Shown here: piece after piece, positions 49,608 through 58,600 of the stretch | How positions within the stretch are numbered: position 1 is the stretch's first letter | Layout of the letters: each line of letters begins with the position of its first letter | Origin: a virus | Reading direction: 5' to 3' (one strand) | Length of the DNA: 64,000 nt | IMG/VR virus record: IMGVR_UViG_3300009523_000001 | Span: 1-64,000 of that record | The notes under the pieces: model-generated | The model's input: the letters and a program-made list of their open reading frames with translations, nothing else | Told to the model about the DNA's origin: nothing | The model's database searches: none | Position numbers and translations under genes: made by a program

Positions 49608-49965
49608 GGGGTCGAAAGGATTCGACGGAGGAGAAGAACAGTCGTCTGCGTGCGACCGGCGCTCGACCCGGTCTTGATCAAGCGAGCCGTTTTTATCTGC
49701 GAACGACAACGCGCACCTCATCGCGGCCTAGAAATCCGCGGTGCGTCCCGGCAGCGAGGATCTCGAGTACCTGCCGGGGCGTCAATACACGAGACAGACA
49801 GCGCCCAGCCATCGGGTGGCTGAGGACTTCAGGGTGGCCGAGCGGCGGAATGCTCGCACGCGAAACACCGCGAGGCCGTCGGGAGCCTCAGACCGACTAC
49901 GCACGTGAAGAGGATGATTGCGGCGCTCTTGCGGACCGGGCTCTCGGATGCCCGCGACTCCACCA
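49608..49965 (+). ncRNA. ssrA: tmRNA (transfer-messenger RNA), tag ANDNAHLIAA
   Basis: Acceptor stem GGGGTCG/CGACTCC with G3-U70 pair, discriminator A and encoded CCA; 5' GGATTCGAC motif; helix 2 CAGTCGTC-TGCGTGCG pairs with CGCACGTG..GATGATTG; tag ORF 49699-49731. Confidence 0.93.
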
Positions 49966-50076
49966 AGGCTGGTCAGCGCGAACGCATGGAGAAGAGCGAA
50001 TGCAACCCGTGGGAGGCCCCGTAAAGGGGCCGTTACCACCACGGCCGTCGCTCTCATGGGGTAGGGTGGCCAATTC

Positions 50077-50301
50077 ATGCCTTGGGCGAAGGAGATCACG
50101 CGCAAGCTGTCCTGCATCATCTGCGGGGAACCGATCACGGCTTACTCGACCACCTCGCCGCATCCGGAGGCCCCCGAGATGGTCCAGCTCCTCTCCGACC
50201 AGGCGTGGATCGGCATCGAGGGTCCTGCGTACGAGGGTGAATCGCCGAAGTTGCTCGTCGTGTGCTCGGTAAGGTGCCTAGACGAACTGCTTGAGGAGTG
50301 A
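50077..50301 (+). CDS. Small zinc-binding hypothetical protein
   Basis: CIICG...CSVRC. Confidence 0.55.
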   Translation: MPWAKEITRKLSCIICGEPITAYSTTSPHPEAPEMVQLLSDQAWIGIEGPAYEGESPKLLVVCSVRCLDELLEE

Positions 50302-50302
50302 C

Positions 50303-51177
50303 TTAGAACTGCTCACGCGGCAAGCCGTGGAATCGCTCGTAGTGTGCCATCCATGACTCGAGCTCCGCCCGCGTCATCGATCCCTGCCCTCGGCAGCCGC
50401 CCCACACGCGGGACGGACACCCTTCGAAGGTGTGCTCCCCGCAGCAGCAGCCGCACCCCGCCATTTCGCAGAGCCGGTCGACGTCGCCGGCCCACATCGC
50501 TTCCTCGAGCTCGCGCGCGAATGCTTGTTCGTCGCCTTCGCGGCCGGCGAGCCGCACGGCCTCTTCGAACGCCCACGGGTGATCGCGCAGCAGTGAGTTC
50601 ACCCTAGACCTCGCACGTGCAGACATACCCGCACGACCAGCACTCGAACCACCACCAGACTTCCGAGTCCATCGCGTCCACTGCCTCTCTTCGTGCGTGT
50701 GCGAGCTCCACGAAGGACACGGGGGACGGCCGATCGCAGCAGCATCGGATGCGGCAGCGGCGCCCACCGCGTGAACGGCTCATGGCAGTGGGATCTCCCG
50801 AACGCGACTCGCGACCGCCGCGAGGGTTTGCGCCAGATTGCGCATCTCGTCGCCGGTTAGCCGGCGCTCGGTGAAGAGGCGTTTGGCTGCGCGCTCCACG
50901 ATGGCGACGTCGGTTTCTTCGACAAGGTACTGCCTCACCACGACAGCTCCCGCGTGTACGCCTGGAGCTGCGGCTCGAACCGTCCGAGCAGGATGCGCGC
51001 AGGCGTCGTCGTCGTTCGCCCGCACCACGGGCAGGTGCCGGCGCGCGCGAGCTCTGCGGCGCGCTCGCGACCCATGAGGTTGTCCCACCCGCGCGCCGTT
51101 CGGTTGCAGAGCAGGCCGAGTGCGGTCTCCGTTTGCTTGCGACAGCAAGGGCACCGTCCATTTCCCCATTCGCTCAT
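50303..51177 (-). other. Small hypothetical genes (50303-50602, 50780-50938, 50935-51177)
   Basis: Protein-like translations, Cys-rich, partial coupling. Confidence 0.5.
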
Positions 51178-51282
51178 GGCGGGCAGCTATCGCAAGAGCG
51201 CGGCCAACAGGAAGATCGCGGAGTTGCGAGCGGTTTCGGGTCGTGTGAGGAGAAGAACCGTTACGGATCGGAAGATTCCTTC

Positions 51283-51933
51283 TCATGCCGCCTGGGTGAA
51301 GTAGGGCGTCTCTCCGAGCAGATCCGGGGCCACGTCGTTCGGATCGAACGGCAGACCGAGGATCCTGATCGTCGCGCGCTGGACGATCGCCGTCCCGCGT
51401 TTGGCCACTTTGCGTTTGGCGAGGTCGGACCAGTACGCATCTGCATCGTGCAGGTCGTAGAGATCGACGGCGGTCAGCGCGTCGTCGTACCCGGCGTAGC
51501 CGCCGGCTCGGAAACCTTCCTCGACGAGCACGTGGCAGTACGGGTTGTAGTAGGCGATGGCTTCCGCTTCCGTCACGGGGCTCGCCATCCCCTCGGCATC
51601 GAACCATCCGTGCGTTCCGGGCGCGTAGCCCGCGGCCTTGGCCCACCCCACGGAGGTCAGCGCATCCGCCTCGGGGTTGCACGCCGCCGGATGCCAGCCT
51701 GGGTCGCGCGGATGTTGGATGAACCCAGCGAGGAAGCGCGCCGGGTGCGTGAGGATCCGTTCGAGCTCATCCGGGTCGATGTCGTCCTTGGGGTTGTTGC
51801 CCGGCAGCGGCGTGTAGCGGAGGATCCCTCCGTAGCCCTGGTTGGCGATGGCGTCGAGGATCGATCCGTTCGTGATCTTTGTGTCGGTGTCGACCATCGT
51901 GCAGGTCGGTGCGCGCACAGCGATAAATGTCAT
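51283..51933 (-). CDS. DUF1906 / GH25-like (Rv2525c-like) peptidoglycan hydrolase, endolysin candidate
   Basis: VDT...GY.GILRY...ELERI...WFDAEG...GFRAGGY.G; TACACT 6 nt upstream. Confidence 0.75.
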   Translation of the reverse strand: MTFIAVRAPTCTMVDTDTKITNGSILDAIANQGYGGILRYTPLPGNNPKDDIDPDELERILTHPARFLAGFIQHPRDPGWHPAACNPEADALTSVGWAKAAGYAPGTHGWFDAEGMASPVTEAEAIAYYNPYCHVLVEEGFRAGGYAGYDDALTAVDLYDLHDADAYWSDLAKRKVAKRGTAIVQRATIRILGLPFDPNDVAPDLLGETPYFTQAA

Positions 51934-52017
51934 GGGGTCAGTGTATCCCAAAGCAGGACGTCGATGGTCGCCACACCGGTTCTGACGATCATCGCGACGG
52001 TGAGGAAGAGAGCACGA

Positions 52018-52398
52018 TCACCAATCCGGTGTGCGGCGGATTAGGTCGACCAACGAGTCCAGGCCAATCGGCTTGCCGAGCATGATGTGGTGCAGCCCCT
52101 CGAAGGCGTTCTCTCTCGCCTTGGAACGGACGTCCTCGGGAGGCATGGCGCTCGTGATGATGATCGGGATCTCCTTCCATTTGTCGTCGTTTCGCATCAG
52201 CCGCGCGACGTCGATCCCGGAGAGCTCCATCTCTCCGGGGTCGATGTCGAGCAAGACCAACTCCGGCGATTCGCCGGCGAGCAGGCGCACGGCTCCGGCG
52301 CAGGTGGACGTGGAGGACACGTCGTGGCCGCATCCACGGAGAAACGTGGCGAGCGCCTGACGGGTGGATGGATCGTCTTCGACGATGAGGATCCTCAT
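52018..52398 (-). CDS. Single-domain response regulator (CheY-like receiver)
   Basis: RILIVEDD, LVLLDI, IPIIITSA, KP; AAGGAG RBS. Confidence 0.9.
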   Translation of the reverse strand: MRILIVEDDPSTRQALATFLRGCGHDVSSTSTCAGAVRLLAGESPELVLLDIDPGEMELSGIDVARLMRNDDKWKEIPIIITSAMPPEDVRSKARENAFEGLHHIMLGKPIGLDSLVDLIRRTPDW

Positions 52399-52474
52399 CT
52401 CCTTGATTCTGTCAGAAAAAAGCCCACCCGGACACCATGTCCAGGCGGGCTCCAGGCTGCGAAGATCCGGAAAG

Positions 52475-53161
52475 CTAAGGCGCGGTAGCGCCCGCAGCAA
52501 TCCCCGGCGCCGGATGCGCTGCGAGCCACTTTGCGCAATCGGGGTACCCGGTCCACGGATGGTTCTTCGGCAACGACCACGACGAAGTCGGCTCGTGGAC
52601 GAGCATGTCAAGCGCGGTTGCCGCGCTGAACCGATCGGCATGGTCTCGTCGTTCCCAAATCTGCCAGTATCCAGCGGCTTTTCCGTTGTCTTGGTCGCCG
52701 AGTTTCGACGGGTTGCTCGAGATTCGTGTCTCCTTGTGTGCGATGCATGCGAGCGTCACCGCGTACTTCCATGCCGCATCCGGTCCGAACTGCGCCAGCT
52801 CCCCGGCCCGCGCCCGCACGGCGCCGAGCACGTCGTGGGTGAAGGCGTCGAGCCGCACCGTGCGTGTCGCCGTTGGCTCTCCACCCACCCGAATCCCGCG
52901 ACTGACATGCGGCGTGTCCATGTAGGCGTCGCTCAGTTGCTCGACCCGCCCGCGCAGCGGCGCGAACCACGGGTCGTCCTCTGGTTGTGACGGTTGTGCA
53001 ACGGGCGGTTCGACCGTCGGCGGCGTGTCGATGGTGGCGGTTTGGGCTGCTGGTTCGGCTGTGGGTGGCGGCGATCCCGCGTGAACCGAGGGGGTCGCGA
53101 GCGGGATCGTGAGACCCGCCAAACAGAGTGTGAGACCGAGTAGCAGGGTTGTTTTCAGCAT
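52475..53161 (-). CDS. Secreted protein with lytic-transglycosylase-like domain
   Basis: Signal peptide, Pro-rich linker, IAHKETR...DNGKAAGYWQI. Confidence 0.55.
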   Translation of the reverse strand: MLKTTLLLGLTLCLAGLTIPLATPSVHAGSPPPTAEPAAQTATIDTPPTVEPPVAQPSQPEDDPWFAPLRGRVEQLSDAYMDTPHVSRGIRVGGEPTATRTVRLDAFTHDVLGAVRARAGELAQFGPDAAWKYAVTLACIAHKETRISSNPSKLGDQDNGKAAGYWQIWERRDHADRFSAATALDMLVHEPTSSWSLPKNHPWTGYPDCAKWLAAHPAPGIAAGATAP

Positions 53162-53232
53162 CCGGCGAGCCTGCCCTGGGTCCGCGCGCAAGGTCAAGCT
53201 GTCTCTGCTGGATGCGGTAAGGTTCCAAGGTC

Positions 53233-53532
53233 ATGCCCGACGTCCCGCTCGCCGACACGTGCGTGTGCGGGTCGTCGTATTGGCACCGGCCCGCCGGCAG
53301 TGTGGAGGCAACCGTCCGGACGGGCACGAGCAGCGGGAGTCTCGAAGCATCGCGGTTTCTCTGGTGCCGCAAGTGCGGGGCGATCCGTGCCGTCTTCGAA
53401 TCGCACTGGCAGATTCCGCTCGACCGCGCTGGCGACGTCCCGCACTCGGTGCCGCTCGAAACCGATGAGGTGCCGACCCGGCCAGGCACGCCGGGCGCGA
53501 AGAAGACCCCCGTGGGTACCAAGAAGGAGTAG
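53233..53532 (+). CDS. Hypothetical zinc-binding protein
   Basis: CVCG..YWH...CRKCG. Confidence 0.55.
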   Translation: MPDVPLADTCVCGSSYWHRPAGSVEATVRTGTSSGSLEASRFLWCRKCGAIRAVFESHWQIPLDRAGDVPHSVPLETDEVPTRPGTPGAKKTPVGTKKE

Positions 53533-53558
53533 CTACGGTTGCTGCTCTCGTACAACGC

Positions 53559-55172
53559 TCAATGGGAGAGAATGTAACCCGATCCGGTGTTCGGATCGAG
53601 CAGCGATCCGGCATCGACCAGGGCCGCGATCGTGATCGGCTGACCTAGCCCGAACGTCCCGGTCGTCTGGTTGAAGCTATTTCCGGTACCGGTCGAACCA
53701 CCGCCGAACGACAGGGGACCGTTCGTGAGAAGCGTGGACGCCCACGCGGCGGCGCCGAATGAGTTGTAGAAGTTGCCACCTGAGTTGGCGTTCATGGAGT
53801 AAAGGCCCCACTCGGAGTTGCTATTCAGGACAACCGTTCCGTTCTCCTCCACATTGAATTGGCCCGCTCCCATGTATACGCCGGCGTAGGATGCGACACA
53901 CCCCAACGTACTGGCGGACACGGAAGAACTCGGCAGTAGGATCGTCTGGCCATTGACGGCAGTTGTGCCGGATGTGCAGACAAACTCCGACCGAGAGGCC
54001 CCTGCGACGAATCCTGTATTGCCGGAGACCGCGGTGACTATCCCGGTCACGTCTGTACCTTCGGCCTGCGCGATGCCCGTTCCGCCCCGAATGTTCAATG
54101 TGCCGCTTACATTGGACAGGACAAGCAGAGATGAGAGCGCATAGTTCGTGAAGCTGTAGTTGCCACTGATCTGGGCCATCGCGACGGCCGAGACTCCAAC
54201 GTTGCCATGACCGGACCACTCTCCGACGTTGGCCAAGGACGGGTTCTCCAGTACGATCGTATCGCCTTGCGCCCACGAGCTGTTGGTGCTCACGCCTAGA
54301 GACGGCGGAACGAAGTTCAGTGGCTGCTCCACGGTCGCCGATCCAGCGTCGACGGACAGAATGTACGCGTAGGATTGGCGGCCGGCGGCGGTCGTGTTCT
54401 CGAGGAGCTGGCCAGGTGCCGCGCCATCCGGCATACCGGCAACCGTGAGCAGAGTTCCGCCCTCGACGATGACTGGCTGCGTGACCACCCCTGCCTCGAA
54501 TGTCGTGACCGTCTGCGGCGTCACGAAGAGAGCGGATCCACCTAGGGTGGAGGCATCTTGGCTCGTTGCGTAATTTGGCGTGAAGAAGATGACGTCGGTG
54601 TTCGGGATCTGGGGCGTCAGGAGGTAGAATGCCGTGAACTGCAGCAACGTCGGCGACTGCGTACCCAGTCTATGGGTAATGATTTCGCCGAACGTCGCGC
54701 ACGGCAGCGCGATCGTCGTGCATGGGTTGGTGTCCGACCCGGTGGAGGCAACGTACCACGCGGAGATTCCCCAGGCGGGCGGGAAGATCGGATTGAAGGC
54801 GCCAGCAGATCGCGGGCGCAGCGGCTTGGGCTTCTTGCATCTCCATTTCCCGTCAAATGCAATGCACGCGTCGTAGTCGATGACCGTCTGCGGGCGTTGG
54901 TCGACGTACGGTGCGGCCTCGGATTCGACCAACGCCCCCTGCGAGAGTCGGTAGATCCTAGCAAACACCGCATTCGGCGCGTCGGCCAGGATTCCGGCGT
55001 CGGACACCTGTGCTTCCGCCGATTTCTGAGCGTCGGACGACTCAGTGACTGGACTGCACGCGAGGAGCGCGAGGGACACGAGCGCAACAAAAGTGCGGGA
55101 CATCAACCGATTTTCTTCCATCGCCCGAATGTACTCTCGCGCGTACCGTCTGCGATCGATGACGTAGCTCAT
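53559..55172 (-). CDS. Large beta-rich fibre/adhesin-like protein; alternative start at 55103 gives a lipoprotein
   Basis: WYVASTGSDTNPCTT..PCAT motif of beta-helix adhesins; MSRTFVALVSLALLAC lipobox. Confidence 0.7.
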   Translation of the reverse strand: MSYVIDRRRYAREYIRAMEENRLMSRTFVALVSLALLACSPVTESSDAQKSAEAQVSDAGILADAPNAVFARIYRLSQGALVESEAAPYVDQRPQTVIDYDACIAFDGKWRCKKPKPLRPRSAGAFNPIFPPAWGISAWYVASTGSDTNPCTTIALPCATFGEIITHRLGTQSPTLLQFTAFYLLTPQIPNTDVIFFTPNYATSQDASTLGGSALFVTPQTVTTFEAGVVTQPVIVEGGTLLTVAGMPDGAAPGQLLENTTAAGRQSYAYILSVDAGSATVEQPLNFVPPSLGVSTNSSWAQGDTIVLENPSLANVGEWSGHGNVGVSAVAMAQISGNYSFTNYALSSLLVLSNVSGTLNIRGGTGIAQAEGTDVTGIVTAVSGNTGFVAGASRSEFVCTSGTTAVNGQTILLPSSSVSASTLGCVASYAGVYMGAGQFNVEENGTVVLNSNSEWGLYSMNANSGGNFYNSFGAAAWASTLLTNGPLSFGGGSTGTGNSFNQTTGTFGLGQPITIAALVDAGSLLDPNTGSGYILSH

Positions 55173-55239
55173 CCGGCTCCGTCTGGTAGTTTCGCAGTGC
55201 GCCCTTGACGGGTCAAGTGCGAGTTTTCCCAGCTAGAAC
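55134..55239. repeat. Copy 2 of the duplicated gene-start module
   Basis: Palindrome TTGACGGGTCAA at 55205-55216; matches 49204-49308. Confidence 0.8.
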
Positions 55240-55657
55240 ACTGTTGCCGCGCAAGGCACGGAGCATCCGACAGTCTAGCGGATGCTTCAGTGCGCGTGCT
55301 GCGAACAGTCTCCGCACCGTCCGCATACGACGCAGACGAGCACCTGCAGGCCGTTCGCTTGGTTCTGGCAGTCATCGCCCGAGCACGCCGCGACGATGGG
55401 GTCGACGAGCCCCTGGGGTCGTGCACGCAACCAACGGTGAGAACTCCGTAAGGAGCACCAGTACAAACCATCTCACAAAATGACTGCCCATCCGACACCT
55501 CCCGCATTCACGGTTCCTGTTGCCACACGTGCGGTCCGTCCTCGGTCCATGATGCGGCTCATGGTGCGGTACTCAGGCTACCACTAGGATCCGTGACCGG
55601 ACTAAGTAATACCTGAGACATACTTAGGTATGTCGGTTACGGTCTGGATTGCCAGCG

Positions 55658-58600
55658 TCAAGTCTGGGTCGAGATGAGGCGATCGACGGCGGCTGAATCG
55701 AAGAACGCCAGGTGCGCCGAGGCGTCGTTCACCCCGAAGCTGACCACCAACCGATCGCCGTCGCGAGCCAACCCGGCGGCGAATTCGATGCCCTTGCGCT
55801 CGAAGTAAAACGGCTCGGAGATGCTCCGGATCTCGAGCTTCTCGGTCAGCCGGACGAACCGGTGAAGGTAGATCCGTCCAGGGGTGTGGACGACCTCGTG
55901 CACGAGGCAGAGGAAACTGTCTCCGTGCGGGATGACCTGCGATCCGCCGCGCAGCTCAGTCAGATTTTCGTCAAGATCGGTGATGCGGAACCGCTCGGTG
56001 GTTTTCTCCGGCGCGCAGTCGATCACGATCGTTGGGTCGCACAGGTAGAGGAAACTGCCGGGTTGCCCGAGGATCGGCATCCAGTTCTTCTGCGCGCGGT
56101 CGTGCTCGTAGTCGCGAATGACGCGGACGTCCGTGATCTTCCACTCGTGGTCGATCGTGAGAATGCACTGTTCGCATCGTCCATCGCCTAGATCGCGGAC
56201 GACGGCCGACGCGCGAAACTTGTCGCCGTCGAGCCAGAGCCGGCAGTCCTCGAACCCTTCGACCGGGTAGCTCGTACGCGGGAGGCCTGTCGCGTCGGTC
56301 AGGAGTGTGGGCGATCCGGTCGGCTTCCACGTCTTGTTCATCTCGAGGATCCAGTTTTTGGTGCGGATGATGCCGCTGCCGTCGATCGTGGGGTACTGCC
56401 CCTCGGCGACCGTGTAGTTCACGGTGCGGACCAGCACGAGCCGCCGGTCGCCCACGACGAGCACCGACGGGTTCATCGGCGCGTACCCATCGTCCGATTT
56501 CCAGTCGATCGCGCGCAGCTCGGCGCCGCAGAGCTCGCGCGCGGTCTTGACGTAGTGAACGAAATTCCCTCGGGCCTCGCCGCGCACGTTGGCGTCCCGG
56601 TCGATGGTCAGTCGGGCGCACGCGTCGTAGCCGGCCTGCCGGCGCGCGGGGAGCTTGCTGTAGAACCCGCTGATGGCGACATCGGGCGCGTTTTTGCGTT
56701 CGTAGACATCCTTCTCGACGAAGAGGATTTCGTCCGGGCAGGGCATCCGTGCGACCTGTTCGGCGAGGAGGATCGCCGCATCGCTCTTGCCGTGCTCGCG
56801 CCACCACCGCGCGAGCAGCGCCAGCGGTTCCGCGCGGGTGGGTCGGAAGTTGTAGGCGTCGAAGCAGGCGAGGACGAGCGCCGGCTCGTCGTTCAACGCG
56901 GCATGGCTGCGCGCGATGCCGTAGTGCGATGCCCAGACTTCTTCGTCCCACCCGCCGGCGGCAATCCGGCGCGTGTACCACTGGATGGCCTCCTGCTGCC
57001 GTCCCATCTCGCGGTAGGTGTTCGCGAGGTAGAACATATAACGGGCGTTGTCCGGCTCCCGGGTGAGGCCGTCCATGAGCAGGCGGATGTCCCGATCGCC
57101 CTTGTCGCCCTTCGACCCGCCGTCGTTGCGGTCGTCGATGGAGCACGAGTCGAGGTTCGGCGGGGTGTCGCCGGGAACAGAGAGAAACTCGTGAGTGACG
57201 CCGACGTACTGCGCGACCACGTCGCGCCGAACGAGCCGCGTATTCCAGTAGTGAAGGGCTCCGGTCAACTGCTGGAGCCGGTACGCGGGCGCGGTGAGCG
57301 CCCGCTTGTCCAGCGACCCCCGGAGCACCATGTCGGCGTCGATAAGCAGGGCGTAGTCCCATCCGTCGTACGCTCGTGCTGCCTCGAGCGACTCGTTTCT
57401 GGCCTGGGCGAAGTTCTTGAACGTGGTGCGGACCAATTTGCCGGGGACTTGGTGCTCTTTGAAAAACCGCTGGATCGTCTCGAATGTCCCGTCGGTCGAT
57501 CCGGTGTCGGTGATGACCCACTTGTCGATGAAGGGCAGCGCGGCCGAGAGGCACCGCTCGATGATGGCGCTCTCGTTCTTGACGATCATCACGAGGCAGA
57601 TCCGGGTGACCGTCGATTTCTCCTCCTTGTGCTTGCCGCGGGCGGCGGTGGCACGGCGTTCAAGCCGATTCATGGGGGTGTCTCCGTCACGTGGAATATC
57701 GATGATGCTGTCGTCGTGGTCGGCCTGGTACCAGTCGAACCGCTGGCCCTCTCGTTCCATCTCAGCCCAGGTGTTGACCTCCCAGGTGATCTGCTGCATC
57801 CGCCGGAAAACGGCGTGGTAGCGCTCGACGAGCTCGGGGATCGATTCGCGGTCGACGAGCAGAAAGCCACCGCAGAATCGCCAGTTCACGTCGTCGTCGG
57901 TCGCGCGCGCTGCGGCGGTCTCCTTATTCCAGCAGCCCGGTGCAAGTACGCATACAGACGGGGGATGGAGCGCACGCAGTCGGTCGAGGAAGCTCGCCGG
58001 ATTCTTGACGACCTTCATCACCGCGAAGTCGATCCAGGCGAAATGCGAAGAGGAGTCGTCGAGCTCGCGGGCGAGCGCAAGGAGATCGAGCTTGGCGTTG
58101 ATGAGCAAGAGGGAACCGCGCGCGTCCTTTTCTGACGAGCGGGTGCCCGGAAGCGTTCGGGTGCCGTCGTCGTGCTGGAACGGCCACAACGATTCGAGGT
58201 CGGTCAGTTCCACTTGAACGTTCGGGTGCTTGGGCGCTCGCTCGGCGAGCTGCCGGTCGAGAAAGAGGAGGATCGGCAGGCCGCTCGCGGCGAGCTCGGA
58301 GAACCATCGAAAATACGCGTCTTCGTCCACGGTTCGATCCCGCAGCCGGAAGAACGCTGAGACAAAACGGGTGCTGGAGATCGGACGTTTCAGCAGGGTG
58401 AGCACATCATCCATCCGGGTCGGTCTTTCGGGACGTTTCTTCTGAGACGATCCGCGCTCTCTGGCGAGTGCGTGGAGCCGCTCGTTCCACTCAACGCCCT
58501 CGCGGGTCACCATCTCCGCGAGCTCCGGCAGCCGACTCGAGCTGACCTTTTCCGCGTGCCATGCGACGACGTCGCGCAACGTGACCGATTGGAAGCCCGC

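Noticed and set aside
49608-49965. tmRNA as a prophage attachment site
   Set aside because: No integrase, no duplicated 3' tmRNA fragment seen, and phage-like genes continue on both sides
49782-50272. ORFs overlapping the tmRNA 3' half
   Set aside because: Region is explained by the structured RNA; translations are not protein-like
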